A stretch of 60,079 nucleotides of DNA from Pseudomonadota bacterium (GCA_043746555.1 JAYTQU010000012.1:1-60079); one strand, 5' to 3'; positions 31,642 through 41,491 are shown, counted from the first letter of the stretch. Notes: a model not told the origin generated them from the sequence alone. Made by a program: numbers and translations.

Positions 31642-32163
31642 CTACTCGGTTGGAAAGAGGTAGTCGGCGTAGGCGATCCAGCGCCCTGCGAGCATCACGC
31701 CAATCCACAACACAAGCGACAACGCCGCGAGCACTTTGATTGCTGCGGACGATTTATTCGTGCGTCGATACATCGACACTAATATGGCGCTCAGCAAAAT
31801 CGCCAGTAAGAGCAGCGCAAACTTGATACCAAAAATGGGATTGAAAAAATAGCGCCGCGGTCGCGCGACGACAAACATCGACCCGGACAACAACAGCAAG
31901 ACTAATGCAGTCCACATCCACGGCATTAGTCGTCGCATCATCTCACTAGGATTCTGACTCGGCACGGCAAGACCCAGCATTCGCAAATCGATCATTGCAA
32001 TCGATCCCATGACGCACGCGACGCTGAGAATGTGCAGCGATTGCACGATCGGAGGCAATCCGGGCACAGTCCGTAACCAATGCACGACGTGATCGTGAAC
32101 GGAACTTGTTGCGATGAAGTGAGCGACGTCCGCCAACGTTTGGGTCATATTCACGCGACGCAC
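31642..32163 (-). CDS. Integral membrane protein (about 4 TM), paralogue A of a tandem pair, function unknown
   Basis: Motifs: QSLHILSVACVMGSIAMIDLRMLG, NPIFGIKFALL and LWIGVMLAGRW. It is collinear with the downstream gene. An alternative start is the ATG at 32148. Confidence 0.65.
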   Translation of the reverse strand: MRRVNMTQTLADVAHFIATSSVHDHVVHWLRTVPGLPPIVQSLHILSVACVMGSIAMIDLRMLGLAVPSQNPSEMMRRLMPWMWTALVLLLLSGSMFVVARPRRYFFNPIFGIKFALLLLAILLSAILVSMYRRTNKSSAAIKVLAALSLVLWIGVMLAGRWIAYADYLFPTE

Positions 32164-32203
32164 ATCGATGCGCGACGGCTTACCCGATGACTTACCCGAT
32201 GAC

Positions 32204-32617
32204 TTACCATGGCGCGACCAACGAAATCGAGCGCCGCCCCAGTTTTCGATAGACCTGGAAGTCGCGATCCAAAGTCCAAATACAACTGTCGGAAATCAGC
32301 TCGGACATGCGCACCAAACACGCGTCGGCAAACGCCATCGGGCGATCTCGATAGCGCTTCATCAAGTCACGGATGCGCCGATACTCGGCATGGAAATCGA
32401 ACTCGCTGCGCAGAAAACCGGCATCGACGAGAGCAAATAAATGATCCGTGTCGTGACCGCCCCGCTTCAATAGGAACAGCGCTTCGGCGATCACCGCGTC
32501 GCAGGCCAACACGGTCGCTGGAGCAGATTGGCTTTCCTCCACGGCCCATGAATGCCGGCTATCATCGGCGCATAACAACGCCACCAGCGGACCCGTATCG
32601 ATCAGCCACGTCGTCAT
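32204..32617 (-). CDS. vapC: Type II toxin VapC (PIN domain)
   Basis: 137 aa beginning MTTWLIDTGPLVALL. The acidic residues are in IDT, AEAL, FADA and LDRDF. Its start overlaps the antitoxin stop (ATGA). Confidence 0.85.
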   Translation of the reverse strand: MTTWLIDTGPLVALLCADDSRHSWAVEESQSAPATVLACDAVIAEALFLLKRGGHDTDHLFALVDAGFLRSEFDFHAEYRRIRDLMKRYRDRPMAFADACLVRMSELISDSCIWTLDRDFQVYRKLGRRSISLVAPW

Positions 32618-32862
32618 TCTCCGTATCCGACCAGATGCTTGCTATTCGTCGACAGATCATTCGGACCGCCTTTATTTCCGCCAATGATGTGCTTAATGAC
32701 GTCGAATCCGGTTTTGTTCGGCTCGGCCTCGGGTGTCACGCCATAGGCACGCAGTGCTCGCCTAACGACGCTGCCTTGGGAAACACCTTCCTTTCGCGCG
32801 CGACTGCGCAGCGCCTTAGCTTCGGCTTTGGAAATCCTGAGAGAGAGAGTTGCAATCTGCAT
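32614..32862 (-). CDS. Ribbon-helix-helix (CopG-like) antitoxin
   Basis: 82 aa from the ATG at 32862: MQIATLSLRISKAEAKALRSRARKEGVSQGSVVRRAL. It has a 4-nt overlap with vapC. Confidence 0.75.
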   Translation of the reverse strand: MQIATLSLRISKAEAKALRSRARKEGVSQGSVVRRALRAYGVTPEAEPNKTGFDVIKHIIGGNKGGPNDLSTNSKHLVGYGE

Positions 32863-33029
32863 GCGCCGAATGTAAGACAAAATGGCGTGATAAGCAAGAC
32901 ACAAGAATGAAGGCCGCAATAGACACGGAAAGGCTCGCGATCGCGGACTTGCATCACGATATTTCTTCACTTTCGCTGTACAACCATCAAGCCTATTCTC
33001 TAACGTGCACGTAAACGGGATGCTCCACC

Positions 33030-33995
33030 ATGCAACATTTGCGACGACAATTTCTCAACATTGCAACTCTGGTCGTGCTGCTTGCCCTGCCGTTGATTGC
33101 CGTCGCCAGGCCACAGCCAACCCTTTATTACCTGGATATCTCCGGAAGGATACTCACGGCTAGCAGCGATGGAACCCATGTAGCGGTGGTGGCAAAAGAT
33201 TTAGGCAGCGGCCCCGACGGTATCGTCATCGATGGCGCCAATCGTCATCTCTATTGGACCAGCATGGGCAAGGCGAGCGCCAACGACGGTAAAATTTCTC
33301 GCATCGATTTCGACGGCACGCATCTCACGACGATTGTGCCGGCAGGTGGCACGTTTACACCGAAACAACTCAAGATCGATCTTGCGAATCGCAAACTCTA
33401 TTGGTCGGATCGCGAAGGTATGCGCGTGATGCGCGCGAATATGGATGGCTCGGATGTCGAGGCGTTGATCGTGACGGGAACCGGCGAAGCGGATCGTAAG
33501 AATCAAGCAAATTGGTGTGTCGGCATTGCGCTCGATATTGCAGCGGGAAAAATATATTGGACGCAAAAAGGCGGCGACAACGCGCACAGGGGAACCATTA
33601 AACGCGCGAATCTCGATATACCGAAAGGCGAAGACGCCGCACATCGCTCCGACGTCGAAGTATTGTTTGCGGGTTTACCGGAACCGATCGACATGGATCT
33701 CGATTTGAAAAAGCGCGTAATGTATTGGACCGATCGCGGCGACAACACCGTGTCACGCGCTCCGATGGACAATAAAGCCAACATCGATCCGAACAAGCGG
33801 ACCGATCGCGAAATTCTGGTCACCGGATTGCATGAGGCGATCGGCATTGCGCTCGACTTGCGTCACAACCAAATGTATTACACCGCACTGCATGGCGATC
33901 TAGGCACTGCAAAGCTCAACGGCAAAGATGCACGTACGCTTTTATCCAAGCAAGGAACGCTTACCGGCATCGCATTGCTCGATTCGGTCAAATAA
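33030..33995 (+). CDS. Secreted six-bladed YWTD (LDL-receptor class B-like) beta-propeller protein
   Basis: Has a signal peptide and six spaced repeats: LYYLD, LYWTSMG, LYWSDREG, IYWTQKGG, MYWTDRGD and MYYTALHG. Confidence 0.65.
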   Translation: MQHLRRQFLNIATLVVLLALPLIAVARPQPTLYYLDISGRILTASSDGTHVAVVAKDLGSGPDGIVIDGANRHLYWTSMGKASANDGKISRIDFDGTHLTTIVPAGGTFTPKQLKIDLANRKLYWSDREGMRVMRANMDGSDVEALIVTGTGEADRKNQANWCVGIALDIAAGKIYWTQKGGDNAHRGTIKRANLDIPKGEDAAHRSDVEVLFAGLPEPIDMDLDLKKRVMYWTDRGDNTVSRAPMDNKANIDPNKRTDREILVTGLHEAIGIALDLRHNQMYYTALHGDLGTAKLNGKDARTLLSKQGTLTGIALLDSVK

Positions 33996-34689
33996 CATCG
34001 CCGGTTTCACGCCGGCCCATCGCAGCTCTTCGAGATCGGTCGACATCAGGACTCCGATATACCGATTCAGGAATGCGCGACAACGTAGACTCATGCGCTT
34101 GCTGAGATTCCAGTCCGTAGAATTTCTGAAAACTCATAATCAACGGCCGCCATTTGTCCGGATCGACGCGGTTACGATCGCCGTTCATGAGAATGGATTC
34201 CTCCAAGTGAATGCGTTGCACGCGCACTTCGAAGGTCACGACGCGACCGCGCACCAGTTCATCGGCTTCCCCGACGATGTGAGTCGCTTCGAGAACGGCT
34301 TCCATCTGCACAGGGCATTCATGAACTCTCGGTGGCGTGACGGTCTCCGATACGTCCGACGTTAATCCCGCCACATCGAATTTGTCGGGCTCATATCGAT
34401 AGCCGCGAGCAGTCTTGTAAGTTGGCGGCGGATTCGATCCGGTAGTTAATGCGAGACGATTGACCGCCTCCACTTGCTCGACCGACGGCAGATTGAGTAC
34501 GCATTCGCGTGTCCGCAAAATATTTTGCGTGGTCTTCGAACCGGCCGCGAGTCCTAACATGCATCTCCATCCCAACCAAAAAGCCGATGACATTGGCGCG
34601 AGATTAGCGGATCCGTCTTCGTTGAGTGTGCTGATCAACACTACGGGCGTACCGAAGTAGAGAATTGCAGGTTCACTGGTAATGTGCAT
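33988..34689 (-). CDS. Flavin reductase family (FMN-binding split-barrel) protein
   Basis: PVVLISTLNEDGSANLAPMSSAFWLG is typical of flavin reductase-like domains. Confidence 0.7.
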   Translation of the reverse strand: MHITSEPAILYFGTPVVLISTLNEDGSANLAPMSSAFWLGWRCMLGLAAGSKTTQNILRTRECVLNLPSVEQVEAVNRLALTTGSNPPPTYKTARGYRYEPDKFDVAGLTSDVSETVTPPRVHECPVQMEAVLEATHIVGEADELVRGRVVTFEVRVQRIHLEESILMNGDRNRVDPDKWRPLIMSFQKFYGLESQQAHESTLSRIPESVYRSPDVDRSRRAAMGRRETGDVI

Positions 34690-34706
34690 GGTCGTCGTTC
34701 CGGAAA

Positions 34707-35783
34707 CTATTGTGATTTGTCTTTTTTGTTTTCACGACGCTCCACGTCGATCAGCGCGCGTTTGCGCGGCAGCCCCCAACGATAACCGCCCAACTCGCCC
34801 GTGCCGCGAATCACGCGATGACATGGAATGAGTACGCCGATTCGATTGTTCGCACACGCGCTTGCCGCCGCTCGAATTGCCTTCGGTGCGCCAATGCCCG
34901 CAGCGACTTCTGAATACGAAACCACTTCCCCGCTTGGAATCGTGCGCAGAAATTCCCAGACGCGTTTTTGAAATGCGGTTCCCTTAATATCGAGCGGTAA
35001 CTCGGCCTTCGATCGCTTACCTTCAAGGTTTCGATTCAACGCATTCATCCATGCTTCGAATTGCTCGCTCTTAGTCGAGGTCGACGGTGTAACGATTGCG
35101 TTCGGGTACTCGCTCGACAATTGTTCCAGCAACTCGCGCTGTGAATCGCCGAACTGCAAATAGCAAATGCCGCGATCGGTTGCGCCAATCAACACTTTTC
35201 CTAATGTTGTCGTACCGAAAGCAAAAGAGATATCGATGCCTTTGCCTCCCTGCCGATAATTGCGCGGCGTCATACCAAGATATGCGTCTAACCGCCCGTA
35301 CACCGCGCTACTCGATTCGAATCCCGCGTCATAGATTGCGTCGGTGACGGACCAAGCGTCACGCAGACGGCACTTGAGCGCGGTGACTCGAACTTGTTGG
35401 ATGTATTCTTTCGGCGTAACTTGCAAAAACGATTTGAACAGTCGATGCACTTGAAACTGACTCAAATTTGCACGTTTGCTCAGCGCACTGAGACTGTGAG
35501 AAACAGTCGGGTTACGCTCGACATATCGACAAACTTCCAGCAACTTCGCGAGCGACGGCGTCGACGCGGTCGAAATATCGGGTTTGCAGCGCTTGCACGC
35601 GCGCATTCCATCGCGCATTGCGGCTTCGATCGTCGAGTAAAAGCGAACGTTCTCACGCTTGGAGCGGCGCGACGCGCATGACGGAATGCAATACACGCCC
35701 GTGGTCGTCACGCCATACCAGAATGTTTCGTCATAGCCGGCGTCGCGATCGCACACTGCTTGCCAACGTTGGTCATCATTCAT
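34707..35783 (-). CDS. ada: Bifunctional Ada: methylphosphotriester-DNA methyltransferase / AraC-type regulator / O6-methylguanine-DNA methyltransferase
   Basis: 358 aa. Has the N-terminal Cys4 zinc region (CIPSCASRR..CKRCKP), an AraC HTH in the middle, and the C-terminal active site IPCHRVI. Confidence 0.9.
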   Translation of the reverse strand: MNDDQRWQAVCDRDAGYDETFWYGVTTTGVYCIPSCASRRSKRENVRFYSTIEAAMRDGMRACKRCKPDISTASTPSLAKLLEVCRYVERNPTVSHSLSALSKRANLSQFQVHRLFKSFLQVTPKEYIQQVRVTALKCRLRDAWSVTDAIYDAGFESSSAVYGRLDAYLGMTPRNYRQGGKGIDISFAFGTTTLGKVLIGATDRGICYLQFGDSQRELLEQLSSEYPNAIVTPSTSTKSEQFEAWMNALNRNLEGKRSKAELPLDIKGTAFQKRVWEFLRTIPSGEVVSYSEVAAGIGAPKAIRAAASACANNRIGVLIPCHRVIRGTGELGGYRWGLPRKRALIDVERRENKKDKSQ

Positions 35784-35864
35784 GGCGCACCTCTTTCGTT
35801 ACTCAACGCTAAGATGCCAAAATAACAAGCTCGGTAATACCCGATTCTTGCGCGAACCCATTAG

Positions 35865-35942
35865 TTCTACTTTGTCAGGTTGGGATCAAGCGATGCGGGG
35901 CAAGGCGCACCGCACGCTTTAGCGCAACCTGACAAAGTAGAA
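35865..35942. repeat. Perfect 18-bp inverted repeat separated by 42 nt, in the eamA-ada intergenic region
   Basis: TTCTACTTTGTCAGGTTG (35865-35882) pairs with CAACCTGACAAAGTAGAA (35925-35942). The pairing extends to 22 bp if G-U pairs are allowed. Confidence 0.8.
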
Positions 35943-36809
35943 TTAGCCGGCATCCGCGAACGCCAGACTAGCAACGCCGAGAACAATACACACGGCGCCG
36001 GCAAGTCGCATAGGCGCCGCTTTTTCTTTCAGCAGGCGCGCGCCAAAGTATGTGCCGATTAGCGTCGCCAACTCTCGCGCTGGAGCGACGTGGCTGATTG
36101 GCGCGATCTGCATGGCGAACAACACCAGGATATAGCCAAGCGGTCCGAGCACACTGACGACAACGACGGGGCGCGCGAACTCGCGCATCTCTTCGCGAAC
36201 TCGAACGCGATCGAGCCATGCCTGCGGACTCAACACCAGCATGCGCATGAAGTTGCCGGAGTAGTCGACGATAAACGGCGAGATCAGCAAAATCTTGACG
36301 GCCCAACCATCGTTGATAGTGTACGCAGCAATAAAAACACCGGTGCCCAGTCCAAAGACCATTCCGGCGCGCGGCGCTTTGTGTGCTTCATTAAACATAC
36401 CCGACACCAGGACAATCCCGGTCACCACGAGCATCACTCCCAACACTGACGGCCATGTGATGTGTTCGCCTAAAATCGCTACCGCCAGAAAGAACGATAG
36501 CAACGGCCCGGACCCCCGCGCCAGCGGATATACCAACGATAGATCGGACGCGCGATAACCCGCTTGCAACATCAGCGAGTAGCCGATGTGTAGAACCGCC
36601 GTCGCCGCCAAAGCGAGCCAGTGAATCAGTGCGAACCGCGGACGAGTCGTGAGAACGATCCAACCAATGACCGGCGTATAGAGCGCCACCGACAACGCCG
36701 AGTACATCCAGACGAAGTGTTTGGAGTTCGCTGCACGCTTTGCATGCACATTCCACGTGGCGTGCGTCGCGGCAGCGCAGAGTACGGCGATAAATGCAAC
36801 GAGAGGCAT
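35943..36809 (-). CDS. DMT (EamA-type) family transporter
   Basis: 288 aa with about 10 hydrophobic segments and two EamA-like halves. Confidence 0.75.
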   Translation of the reverse strand: MPLVAFIAVLCAAATHATWNVHAKRAANSKHFVWMYSALSVALYTPVIGWIVLTTRPRFALIHWLALAATAVLHIGYSLMLQAGYRASDLSLVYPLARGSGPLLSFFLAVAILGEHITWPSVLGVMLVVTGIVLVSGMFNEAHKAPRAGMVFGLGTGVFIAAYTINDGWAVKILLISPFIVDYSGNFMRMLVLSPQAWLDRVRVREEMREFARPVVVVSVLGPLGYILVLFAMQIAPISHVAPARELATLIGTYFGARLLKEKAAPMRLAGAVCIVLGVASLAFADAG

Positions 36810-37016
36810 AAACTATCCGCGCCGAATTGTGACGCCGATCGATATTCCCCATGTTCCTAAGATCGTTCGTGCGATCGTTGTCGCCGAGCACGCGGCGCAT
36901 CTTTCATTGTGTTGACGGATGCTAATGTTTCCTCACATTCGAACGCTTGTGATCGAGACTCATCCGAGTAAGCTTTGTACCTTCAACCAATTGTACCGAA
37001 GACCCAGGATAACGCG

Positions 37017-38660
37017 GTGACTACGCGACGCCAATTTTTAGCACGAAGCGCGCGCGTTGCCGGTGGGGTAACGCTGGGCTCACTGGTTTCGAGTTCGTTG
37101 TTCGTTTCCAATAGCTTCGCGCTCGATCCCAGCGTTCATTCAAGCGCTGACGATGCGATCGTTACCGATCCCATCGCGATTCGAACCGGAAAACTTCGCG
37201 GACTAACGATTCAAAGCGTTCATTCGTTCAAAGGTATTCCTTATGGCGCGCCAACCGGCGGTGCGCGCCGATTCCTTGCGCCATTGCCCGCACAACCTTG
37301 GAGCGGAGTGCGCGATGCGTTTGAATGGGGCGCTTATGCGCCACAGTCGAATCGACGTCGCGGCCCGAAGCAAACGGAATTTTTTAGCGTGCTGAGTCCG
37401 GCCACGCAAAACATCAGCGAGGATTGCCTCAATCTCAACGTCTGGACGCGGGGCTTGAACGATGACGCGAAGCGTCCGGTGATGGTGTGGTTGCATGGTG
37501 GCGGTTACGATCAAGGAGGTAGTTGCGCGGTGGGATACGACGGGATCGCGCTCGCGAAGTATCACGATGTCGTCGTTGTGAGTTTGAATCACCGTCTCAA
37601 TGTGCTCGGCTATTTGTATCTCGGCGAGATTTTGGGTGGCGAGTTTGCGAACGGTGCCAACGCCGGACAACAAGATATCGTGCTCGCGCTGAAGTGGGTG
37701 CGCGACAACATCGAAACCTTCGGCGGCGATCCCAATCGCGTGATGATCTTCGGTCAATCGGGCGGCGCGGGCAAAGTATCGGCTCTACTCGGTACGCCCG
37801 CCGCGAAAAGTTTGTTTCATGCGGCCGCGATGCAAAGCGGCGGCGGCGGCGGCATGTTGCGAGAAGTCGCATCGCACAACACCGAGAAAACACTGAACAC
37901 GCTTGGCATCGGCAAGAGTAACGCTCGAAAGTTGCAAACCATAGCGCTGGATAAATTGATTGCCGCGTATTCTTACGGAGGCCCGGTGATCGACGGCAAA
38001 ATTCTGCCCGCCAATGCCGTCGGCAGCGCCATTTCGGAAAACGTACCGGTGATCGTCGGTTCGACCCGGACCGAGCGAACCGTTTACGAAATCGATAAGG
38101 ACAACTATGGTCTCACTACGGATCAGGAATTGCTCGCCGGCGCGCAAGTGTTGGTGGGTGCAAACGCAAAAGACGTCATTGCGAGTTACCGCGCTCGCTA
38201 TCCGAACGCGACGAGTTTCGCATTGAGTCATTATATCGCCGACGATGCCGCAACCAATCGCAATACATTGTTCGCCGAAGCGCGCAACAAACTCGGTAAA
38301 GCGCCAACCTATCTTTATCGCTGGGATTGGGAAACGCCGGTGATGAATCTACTCGCGCCGCACACGATGGAAATTCCCTTTGTCTTTCATCATATCGACG
38401 ACTGCCAAAGCATGACCGGGCCGATCGGCAAGACTATGAAGTTTCTCGAATGGCAAATCGCCGGCGCGTGGTCCGCGCTGGCGCGTACCGGCAATCCCGT
38501 TCATAAGCTGCTGCCGATTTGGCCGGCGTACACGGCGAACAACAAGGCAGTAGTGATTTTTAATGCGCTTAGCAGAGTCGAAATCGATCCGGGCGCAGAA
38601 CTTCGCAAGCAACTGGTCGAAACAACGTTGCCAACTTCGAAGGACGGCGCAACGAAGTAG
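37017..38660 (+). CDS. Type-B carboxylesterase/lipase family protein with a Tat signal
   Basis: The GTG at 37017 has AGGA upstream and gives [17 protein letters not shown], a twin-arginine signal. Motifs: [11 protein letters not shown] and the nucleophile elbow FGQSGGAG. The ORF-track start is 36975. Confidence 0.85.
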   Translation: MTTRRQFLARSARVAGGVTLGSLVSSSLFVSNSFALDPSVHSSADDAIVTDPIAIRTGKLRGLTIQSVHSFKGIPYGAPTGGARRFLAPLPAQPWSGVRDAFEWGAYAPQSNRRRGPKQTEFFSVLSPATQNISEDCLNLNVWTRGLNDDAKRPVMVWLHGGGYDQGGSCAVGYDGIALAKYHDVVVVSLNHRLNVLGYLYLGEILGGEFANGANAGQQDIVLALKWVRDNIETFGGDPNRVMIFGQSGGAGKVSALLGTPAAKSLFHAAAMQSGGGGGMLREVASHNTEKTLNTLGIGKSNARKLQTIALDKLIAAYSYGGPVIDGKILPANAVGSAISENVPVIVGSTRTERTVYEIDKDNYGLTTDQELLAGAQVLVGANAKDVIASYRARYPNATSFALSHYIADDAATNRNTLFAEARNKLGKAPTYLYRWDWETPVMNLLAPHTMEIPFVFHHIDDCQSMTGPIGKTMKFLEWQIAGAWSALARTGNPVHKLLPIWPAYTANNKAVVIFNALSRVEIDPGAELRKQLVETTLPTSKDGATK

Positions 38661-38886
38661 CGGTAATAGTTCGTCGAAAGTGCGCGTCTTGTGTAGCGGC
38701 ATGTGTCGACCGTCGGGAGTCAACGATGAACTTTCGAATTTCGGTAGCGCCTGGTGGATTGGCAATTGTCGCTGTGCACACACCAGAACTCGCGTGCGAG
38801 CGCGAGTATTCGGCGAACTGCATGTCGGCGAACGGCGCGCAATGCATTTCGAACAAGAAATCGACCAAGCGCTCGCTAAAAGCTGA

Positions 38887-40221
38887 TCACTTCACAACCC
38901 CGTTAGCCTTTAACGCGACGATCTCGGATTCGTCGAACCCGAATTCCCGCAGGACACGTTCGCTATCTTCGCCTAACGCGGGCGCTCCTTTGGTCGGCAG
39001 CACCGGCGTTTTGGAAAACCGTATCGGATGACCCGACGCTTGATACTTGCCAAGATCGCGATTCTCCAACTCCCACACAAGATGTAAGGCCTGAGCTTGC
39101 GCGTCGGTATACATATCCGAGCGATAGTTCACGCGAGTGCACGGCACGCCCGCGGCTTCAAGTTGTTGCAGCCAGTGCTCGCTCGATTGGGTTTTGAATC
39201 GCACCTCGATCTCGCGCATGATTTCCTTTTGTCTCACGTACGCGACATCGGAAATTTCACCACTGTTCATGGCGACATATTCATCGACAATTCCGAGCAT
39301 CGCGCCCACTTTCTCGCGCAAGCCTTTGTTTAGTGCTGCGATGCTGACGTAGCCATCGCCGGTTTCGTAAACGCGATAGTACGGAGACGTCTGTCGATCG
39401 GTCGGGCGATGCAAACAATCGGGTACTTCAATTGGGCGCGCGGTATCGGGCAAATCGGCGCGCAGGCGCATCTCGGCGAAACGATCGATGATTTGCGTGT
39501 GCTTCAATCCCTGCTTATGTGCGGCTTCAAGGATGCTCACTTCTTCCGCATGTTGTTTGGCGTCGAGCGAATCGATCTTAACCATCTGCATTGCTTGCAG
39601 CGCCATGCCGGTGCTAAAGAGCGACGTTTCGATTTTCTGACCGACGCCACTCCTGTTGCGATGAAAGAGCGCTGCCGCTATCGCCAATGCGTTTAGCATT
39701 CCCGTGCCGATATCGATATACGGAATGCCGCCCGGTCCGCGTGGTGCACCTTCTTCGTCGGCGTAGTTGGACATCACACCCGAAGCGGCATGCGCAATGA
39801 TGTCGAAACCCTTGCGTTTACTGTACGGACCCACTTCTCCGAATGCCGTGCTTGAGAGAAAAATCAATGTTGGATTGAGCTTCGACAGCGTTTCGTAATC
39901 GACGCCGATTTTTTGCGCGATGCCCGGCGCGAAATTCTGTACGACAACATCGACGCTCTTAACCAACTTGTACACAATGTCGCGACCCGCCGGGTTTTGC
40001 AGATCGACACTCAAACTTTCTTTGCCGCGATTGAACGCCAGCGACATGCGCGTACTGCCGCGATAGCGTACCGATCCGCCCAACCGCCGCTCTTCCGCGC
40101 CGTCCGGCGGTTCGATCTTGATCACTCGCGCGCCCATATCGGCGAGCAGGAAACCGCAATACGGACCGGCTATGTACTCGGAGAAGTCGAGCACGGTAAT
40201 GTCTTTGAGGAGAGAATTCAT
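38887..40221 (-). CDS. Family III CoA-transferase (CaiB/BaiF type)
   Basis: The internal ATG at 40221 gives MNSLLKDITVLDFSEYIAGPYCGFLLADMGARVIKIEPP, the canonical N-terminus. It starts 1 nt after the upstream DUF938 stop. Confidence 0.85.
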   Translation of the reverse strand: MNSLLKDITVLDFSEYIAGPYCGFLLADMGARVIKIEPPDGAEERRLGGSVRYRGSTRMSLAFNRGKESLSVDLQNPAGRDIVYKLVKSVDVVVQNFAPGIAQKIGVDYETLSKLNPTLIFLSSTAFGEVGPYSKRKGFDIIAHAASGVMSNYADEEGAPRGPGGIPYIDIGTGMLNALAIAAALFHRNRSGVGQKIETSLFSTGMALQAMQMVKIDSLDAKQHAEEVSILEAAHKQGLKHTQIIDRFAEMRLRADLPDTARPIEVPDCLHRPTDRQTSPYYRVYETGDGYVSIAALNKGLREKVGAMLGIVDEYVAMNSGEISDVAYVRQKEIMREIEVRFKTQSSEHWLQQLEAAGVPCTRVNYRSDMYTDAQAQALHLVWELENRDLGKYQASGHPIRFSKTPVLPTKGAPALGEDSERVLREFGFDESEIVALKANGVVK

Positions 40222-40222
40222 G

Positions 40223-40834
40223 CTAAATCCTATCGGCCAAGGTATTTCTTCGTCGCCACACCAGCGTCCGATTATTAGCTGGCATCGCAATGTCTGCAAT
40301 TAGTAGAAGCCCGATGCTACTAGCCAGTGCGTTGACCGCCTCGAAATCGCGAATTGCCATGTGCGCACCGCGCGCTTGCAACCAATCGTTAAACTTTGAA
40401 TTGCTTTCGCTGGTGAACTTTCCGTGGTAGTTGAACGGGCCATAGATTGCGACTATCGCGTCGGCAGCGAGCGCGGCATCCAAGTTTCGAAAAAGCTTTT
40501 CATCCTCGGCCCAACTCATGATGTGCAGCGTGTTGGCGGAGAACACCGCGTCGAATTTTGTCGACGGCCATTCGCCGCCAACGTCCAACAACAACGGCGG
40601 CGGCGTATTGGGTAACTGCGCTTCGTCGAGCCACAGACGAATGCCGGGAAGATTTTCGTTCGTTTCGGAAGTTTGCCAGATCAAGTGCGGCAACGCTGGA
40701 GCGAAATACACGGCATGCTGTCCCGTGCCGCTACCGATCTCCAACACCTGTTTTCGATCGGCAAACTGCCCGCGAAGAACGTCGAGAATGGGATCGCGAT
40801 TGCGGTCGCAGGACGGGGCGTGGGGTTTAGTCAT
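40223..40834 (-). CDS. DUF938-type SAM-dependent methyltransferase-like protein
   Basis: 203 aa. APSCDRNRDPILDVL..VLEIGSGTGQHAVYFA is typical of DUF938. Confidence 0.75.
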   Translation of the reverse strand: MTKPHAPSCDRNRDPILDVLRGQFADRKQVLEIGSGTGQHAVYFAPALPHLIWQTSETNENLPGIRLWLDEAQLPNTPPPLLLDVGGEWPSTKFDAVFSANTLHIMSWAEDEKLFRNLDAALAADAIVAIYGPFNYHGKFTSESNSKFNDWLQARGAHMAIRDFEAVNALASSIGLLLIADIAMPANNRTLVWRRRNTLADRI

Positions 40835-40900
40835 GCGCTACTGTCGCACGTCGCTTCGCAAATGTGAATGGGAAGTCTTTATCGGCGCAAATTCTCAACA

Positions 40901-41323
40901 CTAACTGCCGCGCGTGATTGCTCCGTTGATCTTGTCGATTGACTTACCCAATTGCTGCCCTAACTCCAACTTCGCGATGGTGTGTCGATGCACTTCATCC
41001 GGACCGTCGGCCAAACGTAACGTGCGTTGTCCGGCATACATTTGTGCGAGCACAAAATCCTGCGATACGCCCGCTGCGCCATGCGCTTGAATCGCCCAAT
41101 CGATAATCTTGGCGGCCATGTTGGGAACGATCACTTTGATCATGGCGATTTCCTTGCGCGCTATTCGATTTCCCACGGTGTCCATCATGTGCGCCGCTTG
41201 CAACACCATGAGCCGAGCTTGATCGATCAGGTCGCCGCGAATGAAGTCGTCAGCCGCTCCGACTTGCTCACCACGATGCCGCAAAGCTATGCACAGCACG
41301 TGAATCGACAAATCGGTAATCAA
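40901..41323 (-). pseudogene. 3' remnant of an acyl-CoA dehydrogenase gene (C-terminal domain only)
   Basis: [68 protein letters not shown] is an ACAD C-terminal domain. The ~270 N-terminal residues of the family are absent. Confidence 0.7.
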
Positions 41324-41443
41324 GTTCTACCGTTTCCCATCGAGACGCCGATGCTGGAATTATTTCTGTACTGGCGCGTTAATGTCGATGGCGATCCAGC
41401 GCATCGGTGGTTTCGCGAGTTGGCGACGACGTTTCTCCAGTAA
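41324..41443 (+). pseudogene. 3' remnant of a LysR-family regulator gene
   Basis: [39 protein letters not shown] is a typical LysR C-terminal end. There is no HTH or N-terminal substrate domain upstream. It abuts the ACAD remnant. Confidence 0.55.
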
Positions 41444-41491
41444 CGCCAGCTTAAAAATGCTGTGCATCTTTGATGGTGGCCGACCGTTCAC

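Noticed and set aside
32209-32910. 233-aa plus-strand ORF spanning the third vapBC locus
   Set aside because: It is antisense to two genes with clear PIN and RHH motifs, and its product is Arg/Pro/Ser-rich with no recognisable domain.
35905-35930. Possible Ada box upstream of ada
   Set aside because: Only AAAGCG of the E. coli AAAGCGCA core is present, the flanks do not match, and its position relative to a promoter is unknown.
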